Assembly: GCA_017510825.1 (NCBI GenBank)
Contig: JAFWMA010000005.1
Location: 6,428 to 70,427, forward strand
Direction: 5' to 3'
Source of the DNA: Clostridia bacterium
GTDB lineage: Bacteria; Bacillota; Clostridia; TANB77; CAG-508
DNA: 64,000 nt
Positions within the stretch are counted from its first letter, which is position 1; each line of letters begins with the position of its first letter. This document shows positions 52,788 through 62,734 of the stretch, one piece after another. The notes under the pieces are model-generated. The model did no database searches. It had not been told where the DNA came from and saw only the letters and a list, made by a program, of their open reading frames with translations. The position numbers and the translations under genes are program-made.

Positions 52788-54434
52788 TTATGCTCCTCTT
52801 GCAACAATCTTGTTGTGTGGCGAATAGGTGTCTTGTGAAATTACGTCTTTTGATATAACTTCGCCATCTTTTTTTAGAATTTTGTAAGTTATAGATGTTG
52901 AACCATTTGAGCCTCCTTGAATTACTTTTGTTGCTCCTGATGCTAAACTTGAGTCAGTAGTGTATGTTGTTTTAAAACCTACAGTACCAGTTCTGTATGA
53001 TTCGATTTCGACTTCGTAGTCATTTTCTTGTCTTAATCCATAAATACTGATGTTTACATTTTTTCCTGCTGTTTCTGCAACAATTTTTATAGCATAATTT
53101 CTATTGTTTTTAAATTTAAAATCTGGAGCCCCCCAAGATACAGTTGCATCAGTTCCAATTGGACAGTAGTTTACTTGGAACATATGGTTGTGTCTATCGG
53201 TAACTTCTAAATTTGATCTTAGAACTGCATTATATAAAGTACTAGAAACTTGGCAAATCCCACCACCAACTTCATTAACTACTTGACCATTAGAATAAGC
53301 TCCAGCTTCTTGGAATCCAGCTTCTTTTGTACGCCTACCAACTATTCCATTGTATGAAAATGTTTCACCTGGCATTAGAACAGTTCCATTTATTTTACTT
53401 GTTGCTAATGCTATATTGTTTGAACGGCTTGCTCCACTAGATGAATAATTTGTTGAGTATGATGCTAATTCATCTGGGAATGCATCGATTCCAAGATCAT
53501 CATTTGAGACAGTAGGGCGTAATACCTTTAGGGGTATTTCATATTCTTTTTTATCTCCGGTTATAATTGACTTTGCTTCATCAAGAGAGATTGCAAAATC
53601 GATTCCGTTTGCTGCTGCAGTGATACTATATGGATCTTTAGTAAATGAAGCGTTTACAGGTTCTTTGTATATTGTGTTATGTGCAGCTTCAACATTAACT
53701 GGTTCGCATTTTCCTGATATTACAGGAACATCAATTGGATCTGTATTGTAGTTTTCTAATAGCATCTTATTAAAGATTCTGTTTTTTAGTGTTTCTGAAT
53801 CTACAGTTACTCCATCTTGACCGGCAGTAATAATTAGTTTATTATCATTCATATTATATTGAGGTTGTTTAATGCCGTCTTGAAAGTTTTCATTTAGTTT
53901 TGGTTCGTATTCTTTTAATAACTCTTGATTAATTGATACTTTAGGTAAAAGTTTAGTTTCTTTAAAGTATTGATTTAATATTTCAAAATTGTTTTCAAAT
54001 ATATTTCCATTTCTTCCTATAGTGTAAGCGTCTTCGATTACTGAGTTGATGTCGTAATTAAATTGCATTTCACTTGGAACGAAAGTATATAGCTCTTCAT
54101 TGTGTTTTAATATGATATCAGTAGTTATTCTATCTGATAAATATTCTGATAATTCTTTTTTGGCTTCTTCCTGTGTTAAATCTGATACATCTAATCCCAT
54201 GATAAAAATGTTTTTTTGAATTTTATTACTTCCTATGTTTATTAGTGCAAAAATAGTGCAAAATAATAATGCTAATAGTAAAAATACTATTAGTGTGATT
54301 ATTCCGACTTTTTTTTTCTTACTTTTTTTAGGGCTAAAGTTATCTGATTTTACGATTCTTTTTGCATCTTCAAAGTAGCTCTCTTCTTCTTTAGTTAATT
54401 CATCTCCTTTATTAACTACCAGTATTGAATTCAT
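52788..54434 (-). CDS. VanW family protein with C-terminal G5 domain
   Basis: TM helix; PGETFSYN, GGGICQVSSTLYNAVL, GTDATV; C-terminal KVIQGGSNG...KIVARG. Confidence 0.9.
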   Translation of the reverse strand: MNSILVVNKGDELTKEEESYFEDAKRIVKSDNFSPKKSKKKKVGIITLIVFLLLALLFCTIFALINIGSNKIQKNIFIMGLDVSDLTQEEAKKELSEYLSDRITTDIILKHNEELYTFVPSEMQFNYDINSVIEDAYTIGRNGNIFENNFEILNQYFKETKLLPKVSINQELLKEYEPKLNENFQDGIKQPQYNMNDNKLIITAGQDGVTVDSETLKNRIFNKMLLENYNTDPIDVPVISGKCEPVNVEAAHNTIYKEPVNASFTKDPYSITAAANGIDFAISLDEAKSIITGDKKEYEIPLKVLRPTVSNDDLGIDAFPDELASYSTNYSSSGASRSNNIALATSKINGTVLMPGETFSYNGIVGRRTKEAGFQEAGAYSNGQVVNEVGGGICQVSSTLYNAVLRSNLEVTDRHNHMFQVNYCPIGTDATVSWGAPDFKFKNNRNYAIKIVAETAGKNVNISIYGLRQENDYEVEIESYRTGTVGFKTTYTTDSSLASGATKVIQGGSNGSTSITYKILKKDGEVISKDVISQDTYSPHNKIVARGA

Positions 54435-54671
54435 TCTTACAATTTTCTCCTATATATGGATATTATATATTATTTTATTTAATGGATAATAAAAAGGTTA
54501 AATTCATTTTACTAAAAAACTCCTTATTTTAGACCTTTTCTTATTTATTATACCATAAAATAATAAATATATCAAAAAAAATTCATTTTTTTATAAATTT
54601 TTAGTTTTTTTTAGTTGATGTAAAGAAATTAAAGCTACATATATGATATAAGTTTTTTTTAAGTAAAAAAC

Positions 54672-54700
54672 TTGATTTTTTTTTGTAATGAATGTATAAT
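54672..54700 (+). promoter_or_regulatory. SigA promoter of tRNA-Arg
   Basis: TTGATT-17 nt-TATAAT, 10 nt upstream of the tRNA. Confidence 0.8.
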
Positions 54701-54710
54701 ATGTACATAT

Positions 54711-54786
54711 GCACCTGTAGTCTAATTGGATAGAATGGCAGGCTACGAACTTGCAGAAGGGGGTTCGAATCCCTCCAGGTGCACCA
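54711..54786 (+). tRNA. tRNA-Arg (ACG)
   Basis: GCACCTG acceptor stem, GCAGG-CT ACG AA-CTTGC anticodon arm, GGGGG-TTCGAAT-CCCTC T arm, ACCA end. Weak D stem. Confidence 0.92.
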
Positions 54787-55270
54787 ACAACGTATCTGTT
54801 CGATCTTTTTATAGAGCAGATGATATGAAAATCAATCAGAAATGGTTGATTTTTTTTTTGCCAAAAAAACATCATCCAATATCCTAAAAAGAAAGGATGG
54901 TGCATAAAATGAAACAAAAATTGAAATTATTGTAGTGTTACAATTGATGTGAAACAAAAATAATAATTGAATAAGTGATTTAAATCAAATACTTTTTTGC
55001 TTCACGCCATTGACACACATACATCTAGTTATTTATAAATAGGGGGGAAATTATTGAAAAGATAAAGAAAATGTAATGGAATATTTATGTTAATTTCTTT
55101 TTCAAATAATGTGAATTGGATATGTAACACTAGGATTATTGGGAAAACAAACAGCTTTATTATGGCGAGTTGTTTGATGTATAGCCATATATATAATCCT
55201 GTTACCACGATAAATGAATCAGACGATAATGAATACTTAAAAGCTATGATATTAAATAAATAGATGTTTA

Positions 55271-55423
55271 TTTTTTATATAATAGGAAAGTTCTACTTTC
55301 CTATTATATAAAATTATAATGCGACTAAATTTTATTTCATAAAAATTAGCGCGACGAACAATTAAACGCGGACTTTGCAGAGAGTATTTGCTTTTTCAAT
55401 TTTATTAATGTCCGCTATTGTTC
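55271..55423 (+). repeat. Dispersed 153-bp structured intergenic repeat, copy 2
   Basis: 141/153 identical to 21641-21793. Confidence 0.9.
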
Positions 55424-55430
55424 AAATTAA

Positions 55431-55871
55431 CTAATCATCATATTTTTCATTGTATTCATCTTGTGCATCTATGGCTTCAAGTCTAGCTAGTTTAGCTTCT
55501 TCTTCAGCTAATTCAGATAGTAATATGCAAGCTTCTGAATATTCTATCATATCTTCAATATATTTTTCTAAGTTTTCTTTATCTTGAATTTCTTTTCTTT
55601 TTTCATATTCTTCTTTTGCAACTTCAAAATTCATTTGTGCTTTTAATAATTCTGTTGATGCTTTACTTTTGGCTCTTTCTGAAAATAATCTATAGTTTTC
55701 TTGTAATGCGTTTATATCTCCTTTAACATCTTGAATTTTTTCATCAACTTTGTCTTTGGCTTCTAATCCTGCAATTATAGCAATATCAACAGAATCTTTT
55801 GCTTTATTACTTAGATTTTTCATTTTTTCATTTAATTCTGTCATTTTAGCTCTCATTTCTTCTTTGTTCAT
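55431..55871 (-). CDS. Hypothetical coiled-coil protein
   Basis: AGGAGG RBS; E/K/A-rich helical 146-aa ORF. Confidence 0.8.
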   Translation of the reverse strand: MNKEEMRAKMTELNEKMKNLSNKAKDSVDIAIIAGLEAKDKVDEKIQDVKGDINALQENYRLFSERAKSKASTELLKAQMNFEVAKEEYEKRKEIQDKENLEKYIEDMIEYSEACILLSELAEEEAKLARLEAIDAQDEYNEKYDD

Positions 55872-56054
55872 AATGACCTCCTAGATTTTTTTATAAAAAC
55901 AGTATAGCATAGTGTTTTTTTTTTTTCAATATTTTTGAAATATTTTGTTTAATATTTTAGTTGTTTATAATAAACAATAATGATATAATGATAATAATTT
56001 GATAAAAAAAAAGAATTATAAAAAATATATATTAAAAAGAAGAAAGGGTTTTAT

Positions 56055-57143
56055 ATGAAATTTGTACATGTTGCTGATATGCATTTAGATTGTGCGTTTA
56101 ATTTTTTAAGTAATAAATTAGATTTAGGAGATATTCGTAGATTAGATCAGAGAAATGCCTTTAATAAAATGATTAATTATGTGAAAGAAAATGATATAAA
56201 ATATTTATTTATAAGTGGTGATTTGTATGAACAAAAATCAATAAGGGAAAGTACAATTGAATATATTAATAATTTGTTTAAACAAATTCCAGCAACAAAA
56301 ATATTTGTTACTCCTGGCAATCATGACCCAATGATAAAAGAATCTTTTTATAAAATATATGATTGGGCGGAAAATGTAAAAATATTTGGAAGTAATGTTG
56401 AAAAAGTTGAGGAAGATGAATTTATTATATATGGATATGGATTTGATGACTATATTATGAACAATCCTAAAATAGATGAAATTATTTTAGATAACACTTC
56501 TAAAATAAATATTTTAATTACTCATTCAAGTTTAGATGGTAATAAAGAACAAAATGTGTACAATCCGATAACTACTAAAGAATTAAAACAAATCGGATTT
56601 GATTATGTTGCTTTAGGTCATATACATAAATTGAATTTAGAATCAAGTGATCAGGTTATTGTTTATCCGGGGTCAATGTGTTCTATGGGATTTGATGAGT
56701 TAGAAAAACATGGTATGATTGTTGGTGAAATAACCAAAGATGCTGATGGTAAAGTTGATAGAAAATTAGAATTTATTCCACTTGATACAAAGGAATTTGT
56801 AAGATTAGATTGTAGTGTTGATGAAATGAATACACTGGAGGATTTAGCCCAGAATATTAATCAAATGGATTATGATAGAAATAAGTATTATGAAATAATA
56901 TTAGTGGGTGGAAGACATTTTGAGATTAATAAATATAAACTATACAAGTTAATTGAAAATGATAGTATAGTTAAAATTAAGGATTCAACTAAGATTGGAA
57001 TTGATATAGAGGAACTTGAAAAGGAAATGTCTTTGAGAGGATTATTTGTAAAAAGAATTAAGAAAAAAATGGAAAATGGGGAGATTGAAGAAGAATTATT
57101 TGAAAAAGCTTTAGAATATGGACTTGATAGTTTATTGAGTTAG
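56055..57143 (+). CDS. SbcD/Mre11-like DNA repair exonuclease (YhaO-like)
   Basis: ADMHL, SGDL, PGNHD, YVALGHIH, VYPGS motifs. Confidence 0.9.
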   Translation: MKFVHVADMHLDCAFNFLSNKLDLGDIRRLDQRNAFNKMINYVKENDIKYLFISGDLYEQKSIRESTIEYINNLFKQIPATKIFVTPGNHDPMIKESFYKIYDWAENVKIFGSNVEKVEEDEFIIYGYGFDDYIMNNPKIDEIILDNTSKINILITHSSLDGNKEQNVYNPITTKELKQIGFDYVALGHIHKLNLESSDQVIVYPGSMCSMGFDELEKHGMIVGEITKDADGKVDRKLEFIPLDTKEFVRLDCSVDEMNTLEDLAQNINQMDYDRNKYYEIILVGGRHFEINKYKLYKLIENDSIVKIKDSTKIGIDIEELEKEMSLRGLFVKRIKKKMENGEIEEELFEKALEYGLDSLLS

Positions 57144-57154
57144 AGTGAAGGGAA

Positions 57155-59167
57155 GTGAATTTTTTGTTTTTTAATAAATTACAACTAAATAATTTTGGAA
57201 AGTTTTCAAACAAAGAGATAGAATTAGATAAGAATATTAATATAATAAAAGGTAATAATGAAAGTGGAAAATCAACGATGCAAAAATTCATAATTAGTAT
57301 GATCTATGGAATATCTAAAGATAAAAGGAAAAGTAGTTTTACTGATTATGATAAATATTATCCATGGGGAAAAGAAAATTTTTCAGGCAAGATTAGTTAT
57401 TCTTTAGATGATGGAAAAACTTATGAGGTGTATAGAGATTTTACTAAAAAAAATCCTATTATTTATAATGAACAAGCTGAAGATATTACAGATTTATATA
57501 AAAAGACAACAAAAGGGAGCACTTTTTTTGAAGAGCAAACTGGAGTTGATGAAAAGACAATGACATCTAGTATGGTTACTGAGCAGGCTAGTGTTGTAAT
57601 TGATCAGACATCTCAAAACTTTGTAATTCAAAAAATAGCTAATATGGCTGAAACTGGAGATGAAAGAATTTCGTATGATAATGCACAGAAATATCTGACT
57701 AAAAAAAGAAATGAGGAAGTTGGAACAGACAAAACAAAGAATAGACCTATTAATAATCTTTATAAAGAAAAACATGAATTGATTAATGAAAAAGTAGAGT
57801 TAGAGAGCTTTACTGGTGAACAGTATGAAATAAATGAAAAAATAAAAAATGTGTTAAAACAAAAAGAGAAAAATGAAAGATTGCTTGAATTTGCTAAAAG
57901 ATATAAAAACATTATTGATCAGGAAATAGAGTTTAATAATAAAATTACAATTTATAATGACAGTTTGAATGAAAATGAAAGACAGAAAGAATTTGTTTTA
58001 AAGCAAAAAATGGAAATAGAGAAAAAACTGACAATTGAAGAGGAAAAACTGGATAATGATATTAGGCTACAGGAAAAACGTGATAGTGAAAAAAAATTAG
58101 AAATAGAAATACTTAATAAAAATAAAGAGAAGAAAAATAAAATATTAATTGCTGTTAGTATTGTTCTTATTGTTTTAGGATTAGTTCTGATGTTTATTAA
58201 TTTGATTCCCGTTAGTATAGTATTGGGAGTAATTGCAATAGTTTTTTTACTAGTAAGAAGACAATCTGTTAAAAAAGTACAGAAAATTATAGATGAAAAA
58301 ATGGCTGAGAATGTTCAAAATACTTTTGAGGAACAGAAAATAGAAATTGAAAAAATTAGAAATCAATTAAAAGAGTGTGATTTAAAGCTTGATGTACTAA
58401 AAAAGAATAGCGAGGATATTAGAAGCAATATTGAAAAAATAAATTATCAAATTAAAGAGAATGAGAGTCAGAGTTTAAGGAAACTTGTGAGTGAATTTGA
58501 AGATCTTTCAGAATCGGAATATTTAGAAATACTTAATAAAGATAAAATAGAAGATAAAATAGAGATTTTACAAAATTTAAAAAATGATTCTGAAATTGAG
58601 ATACAGAAGTATGAGTATAGAAAAAAATATATTATACCTAAGATTGAAAGACTAGCTGAAGTGGAGGAAAAAATATATGAAGTAGATGAGAAAGAACAAG
58701 AACTTCAAAAAGAAGCGGATGCAATTTTAATTGCTTCTAATATATTAAAAGAAGCTTATGAAGAAATGAAGGAAAATGTAGCTCCAAAGTTTACTGAAGA
58801 TTTGTCTAATGCAATATCACATATTTCTAATAATAAGTATTCTAAGGTATTAACAAATGATAAAGAAGGGATAATTGTTGAAAAAGAGACTGGGGAATAT
58901 GTATCAGCTAAAGCTTTAAGCATGGGAACAATTGATCAATTATACTTGTCATTAAGATTTGCTATTACTAAAGAAGCTTCAAATCAAGTTATGCCAATTA
59001 TTCTAGATGAGCCGTTTGCATTTTATGACAGAGAAAGATTATCTAATATTTTAAAATATATCTCAGAAAAATTTGCTAATAATCAAATTCTACTATTTAC
59101 TTGTACATCTAGAGAAGTTGAAATATTAAGTGAGCTAAACATAAAATTCAATTTAATAGAACTATAA
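57155..59167 (+). CDS. SbcC/Rad50-like AAA ATPase (YhaN-like) with coiled coil and central TM hairpin
   Basis: GNNESGKST Walker A, LSMGT signature, ILDEPF Walker B; two hydrophobic helices mid-protein. Confidence 0.88.
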   Translation: MNFLFFNKLQLNNFGKFSNKEIELDKNINIIKGNNESGKSTMQKFIISMIYGISKDKRKSSFTDYDKYYPWGKENFSGKISYSLDDGKTYEVYRDFTKKNPIIYNEQAEDITDLYKKTTKGSTFFEEQTGVDEKTMTSSMVTEQASVVIDQTSQNFVIQKIANMAETGDERISYDNAQKYLTKKRNEEVGTDKTKNRPINNLYKEKHELINEKVELESFTGEQYEINEKIKNVLKQKEKNERLLEFAKRYKNIIDQEIEFNNKITIYNDSLNENERQKEFVLKQKMEIEKKLTIEEEKLDNDIRLQEKRDSEKKLEIEILNKNKEKKNKILIAVSIVLIVLGLVLMFINLIPVSIVLGVIAIVFLLVRRQSVKKVQKIIDEKMAENVQNTFEEQKIEIEKIRNQLKECDLKLDVLKKNSEDIRSNIEKINYQIKENESQSLRKLVSEFEDLSESEYLEILNKDKIEDKIEILQNLKNDSEIEIQKYEYRKKYIIPKIERLAEVEEKIYEVDEKEQELQKEADAILIASNILKEAYEEMKENVAPKFTEDLSNAISHISNNKYSKVLTNDKEGIIVEKETGEYVSAKALSMGTIDQLYLSLRFAITKEASNQVMPIILDEPFAFYDRERLSNILKYISEKFANNQILLFTCTSREVEILSELNIKFNLIEL

Positions 59168-59236
59168 ATAGTATTATTTACAAGAATTAAATTGTAATCT
59201 ATTGAAATTATGTATGTTTTATTATAAAATAGCTTT

Positions 59237-60391
59237 ATGAAAAAGTTAAAGAATAATAATTTGAAAAAAAATAAAGGGAAAAAAATAATCATAATGCTAG
59301 TTTTAACAATTCTTTTTGTAGGTGTTGTATCAATTATAGGGCTTTATTTAGGTAATGAAGGTTTTAGAGTATGGGCTGATAAAAACATTTTAGGAAAAGA
59401 TATTGAAGAAGATAAGCTACCTATTATTGATTTAACTTCTACTGATAATACAAAGATATATGCTTATGGTAGTTATGTTTTAACCTTAGAGAATAACAAT
59501 TTATCAATTTATAATAGATCAGCAAAAAAAATTAAAGACTTAAATGTTACTATATCTAATCCAATATTTGAAAGTGATGGAGATTATCTATTAATTGCAG
59601 ATGAGGGAAGCTCAAAAGCGTATTTAATTTATAATGATTCAATTCAATGGGAAAAGGATATTGATGGCGAAATTGCAAGAACAACAGTAAATAGGAATGG
59701 AGAAACGGGGATAATAGTAGTTGGAACAACATACAAGTCTGTAATAATTATGTATGATAATAGTGGAAAAGAAAAGTTTAAGACATTTTTATCTACTACG
59801 AGTGCAACAGATATTGCACTTTCTGAGGATGGAAAATATCTAGGTTTTATTGAAATTAATACATTAGGGGCTACAATTTCTTCTAAAGTAAAAAATATAT
59901 CTGTTGAAAAGGCTGTTTCAACTCCGAATGAATCGATTATTAATACTTATGAGGCTAATTCTGATATTTTGTATATGAAAATAAGATATAAGAATAATAT
60001 TATTGTTGTACTTGGAGATGATGGAGTTTACTCTTTAAATAATGGAAAAACTGAAAAAATAGTAAATATTGATAATAATATTAGCTTTATTGATGTAGAT
60101 TTAGATGGATATGTTGCTAGTATTATAGAGGAATCCAATAAATTCGAATTAAAATTGACAAATATTGAAAATAAAAAGGATAATACATATTTAATAAATG
60201 AGACTGTAAAAAAGATATATTGTAATGATAATATTACTGCAATAGATGCCGGTAGTAAAGTTGAATTTGTTAATAGCAATGCTTGGTTGGTTAAAAAGTT
60301 TAATTCAAGCCAGAATATTAAGGATATAATTATTGGAAAAAATGTAGCAGTGATTGTGTATAAAGATAGGGCAGAAGTGATAGGAATTTAA
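59237..60391 (+). CDS. Membrane-anchored beta-propeller protein (DUF5711-like)
   Basis: N-terminal TM; beta-rich repeats (DIALSEDGKYL); located upstream of cvpA. Confidence 0.7.
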   Translation: MKKLKNNNLKKNKGKKIIIMLVLTILFVGVVSIIGLYLGNEGFRVWADKNILGKDIEEDKLPIIDLTSTDNTKIYAYGSYVLTLENNNLSIYNRSAKKIKDLNVTISNPIFESDGDYLLIADEGSSKAYLIYNDSIQWEKDIDGEIARTTVNRNGETGIIVVGTTYKSVIIMYDNSGKEKFKTFLSTTSATDIALSEDGKYLGFIEINTLGATISSKVKNISVEKAVSTPNESIINTYEANSDILYMKIRYKNNIIVVLGDDGVYSLNNGKTEKIVNIDNNISFIDVDLDGYVASIIEESNKFELKLTNIENKKDNTYLINETVKKIYCNDNITAIDAGSKVEFVNSNAWLVKKFNSSQNIKDIIIGKNVAVIVYKDRAEVIGI

Positions 60392-60414
60392 ATTGACTAA
60401 AGGAAGGATACGAG

Positions 60415-61056
60415 ATGATAATTGATGTACTAATTGTAATACTATTAATTGTTATGGTATTATTAGGAAAAAAAAGAGGGTTAATGAAATCTTTAGTTAG
60501 TATTGTGGGATTTTTTATCTCGATATTATTAGCTATATCTTTATGTAAGCCAGTAGGCGATTTTATAGTTGCAAATACTGATTGGGATGATAGTATTAAG
60601 TCTGTTGTAAGTAATAGCATAAAGATAGATGATGTTAAATTAGATGTAAGTGAACAATATCCTGATATAATTAGCAAATATGTTTCAGGTGCAGTTGATG
60701 GGATAAATGATACAAAGGAGAATATTAAAGAAGAAGTATCAATTAAAATAACCGATTGTGTTATATATGCTATTTCTTATGTTATTGTTTTTATACTGAC
60801 TAAGATAACTGTTACTGTATTAAGATTTTTATCAAAGATTGTTGAAAAACTTCCTATTATAAATAAGATGAATGATCTAGGGGGAGCATTGTTAGGTTTA
60901 GCTCAAGGAATTATTGCAGTATATATAATATTGACAGTAATATCTGTTTTATCTCCTATGATGCCAGATAGTATGATTATAGATCAAGTTAATAATTCTT
61001 ATATTGGTAAATTTGTTTATAATAATAATATTGTAGGGCTGTTTTTAAAAAACTAG
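60415..61056 (+). CDS. CvpA family membrane protein
   Basis: IDV...GKKRGLMKSL; NDLGGALLGLAQG. Confidence 0.85.
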   Translation: MIIDVLIVILLIVMVLLGKKRGLMKSLVSIVGFFISILLAISLCKPVGDFIVANTDWDDSIKSVVSNSIKIDDVKLDVSEQYPDIISKYVSGAVDGINDTKENIKEEVSIKITDCVIYAISYVIVFILTKITVTVLRFLSKIVEKLPIINKMNDLGGALLGLAQGIIAVYIILTVISVLSPMMPDSMIIDQVNNSYIGKFVYNNNIVGLFLKN

Positions 61057-61133
61057 AATATTGAAGATTAAGTGAAAAAATAGTGAATTTACTTGCCTTT
61101 TTTTAATTATTTTGCTATACTATTAGCAGATTT

Positions 61134-62582
61134 TTGATAGAGGAGAAATTTGTTTTGGGTAAACATAGTAAACCAGAAGATGATAAAAGGTTTAAAAAAA
61201 AATCTAATAAAAAAGAAAAAAATAAAAAAGATAATAAAAAGAATAATAGTAGTAAAGACAGTAAGAATTTAGATAAGAAAGATATAAACAGTAAGTCAAA
61301 AAAGGAAAAACATAAAGTTTTAAAAAGGATAATAATAGTTATTTTATCACTATTGATTATTGCTGGAATAGCATTTGGAGTTGTAGTTTATAAAAATGGT
61401 GGTGGAATGAAAGGCATAGTTACAACATTTATAGGTACTGACCCAGATACTATTAAGAATTTGGAAGATATATATGTATTATGTATGGGTGCTAGTCAGA
61501 ATATGACGGATACTATAATGGTCGCAAAGTACAGTCCAAGAAATCAACAAGCGTCAATATTATCTATTCCAAGAGATAGTTTTGTTGGAAAAAATAAAGA
61601 TAGTGCGACTTCATCAGATAAAATAAATGCAAAATATCAAATTAATCCACAAGCTACAGTTGATGCAGTTAATAGTTTGACAGGATTAAATATTAAATAT
61701 TTTGTTACCGTTGATACAAAAGCTCTTAGGGAATTAGTTGATGCTATAGGTGGAGTTGAGTTTGATGTCCCAATTGATATGGATTATGATGATCCAACGC
61801 AGGATTTAGAAATTCATATAAAGCAAGGTGTACAGGTATTAGATGGAAAAAATGCTGAAGGTGTAGTTAGATTTAGACATAATAATGATTTTTCAACTTA
61901 CTCTCAAGAATACGGAGATAATGATTTAGGAAGAATGAGAACACAAAGAGAATTTATTACTACAGTAATGAAGCAGACACTTAAAGCAACAAATATAGCA
62001 AAAATTGGAGATATTATTAATATAGCAAAAGAAAGAGTTGTAACTAATATTGAATGGGATGTTATTAAAAACTATATTGTTGCATTAATGGACTTTGATA
62101 CTGAAAATTTACAAACTGATAGCTTACCAGGAACTCCACAATATATTAACCAAATATCATTTTTTTTAGTTGATAAAACTGCTGCTAAGCAAAAAGTTGA
62201 TGAAATGTTTTTATCTACACCATCTTCTAGTGAGGTAACAGAAGAAGATGGTGAAGGAGAAACAAATAGTACTAATACAACAAAGTCATCTGCTTCAAAA
62301 ACATCATCTACAAATAAATCTTCAATTACGCTTGAAGTTTTAAATGGAACCGGGTCAAATTCGAAGTTTATATCTGCAATAGATCAGCTTAAAGCTCAGG
62401 GATATAAAATTAATAAAAAAGGAACAACTAATGTAACTGCAAAAACTTTGATTATTGATAGAAAAAATAATTCTAAAGAATCTGAAAATGAGTTAAAATC
62501 TTTATTATGCACAGGTATTATTACATCTGGTGAAGATAATAACGATGTTGATTTTACGGTAATAGTAGGAACGGATTATTAA
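61134..62582 (+). CDS. LCP (LytR-CpsA-Psr) family protein with LytR C-terminal domain
   Basis: TDTIMV, LSIPRD, KINA, LVDAIGGV, RFRH, DLGRMRTQ, EVLNGTG, VIVGTDY. TTG 61155 is the likely start. Confidence 0.92.
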   Translation: MIEEKFVLGKHSKPEDDKRFKKKSNKKEKNKKDNKKNNSSKDSKNLDKKDINSKSKKEKHKVLKRIIIVILSLLIIAGIAFGVVVYKNGGGMKGIVTTFIGTDPDTIKNLEDIYVLCMGASQNMTDTIMVAKYSPRNQQASILSIPRDSFVGKNKDSATSSDKINAKYQINPQATVDAVNSLTGLNIKYFVTVDTKALRELVDAIGGVEFDVPIDMDYDDPTQDLEIHIKQGVQVLDGKNAEGVVRFRHNNDFSTYSQEYGDNDLGRMRTQREFITTVMKQTLKATNIAKIGDIINIAKERVVTNIEWDVIKNYIVALMDFDTENLQTDSLPGTPQYINQISFFLVDKTAAKQKVDEMFLSTPSSSEVTEEDGEGETNSTNTTKSSASKTSSTNKSSITLEVLNGTGSNSKFISAIDQLKAQGYKINKKGTTNVTAKTLIIDRKNNSKESENELKSLLCTGIITSGEDNNDVDFTVIVGTDY

Positions 62583-62586
62583 TAAA

Positions 62587-62628
62587 AAATAGGGGGGATT
62601 TGAACTGAAGTTCAATTTCCCTCTATTT
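62587..62628. terminator. Terminator hairpin between convergent genes
   Basis: AAATAGGGGGGATTTGAACT-GA-AGTTCAATTTCCCTCTATTT. Confidence 0.7.
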
Positions 62629-62734
62629 AAATAAAAAGGAAAGTTACCTCTCCTTTTATAAGCAAATTTATATAATAAAATGGATGGTGCACTGGGTAGT
62701 GAACAATCAACAAACTATATATATATATTTGGGA

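Noticed and set aside
21641-55423. The 153-bp repeats or the GTGAATTGTAAC motif as a CRISPR array
   Set aside because: Copies are isolated and far apart, with no repeat-spacer periodicity and no cas genes.
526-60677. The many short antisense and alternate-frame ORFs in the track (e.g. 1973-2173, 25893-26342, 43342-44031, 54591-54917)
   Set aside because: They are shadows of real genes, IS remnants or a tRNA, with F/L/I-rich composition and no RBS.
62680-62710. tRNA-3'-end-like sequence (minus strand ...CCCAGTGCACCA) as an att site
   Set aside because: The match to the window's tRNAs is only about 8 nt and no integrase is nearby.
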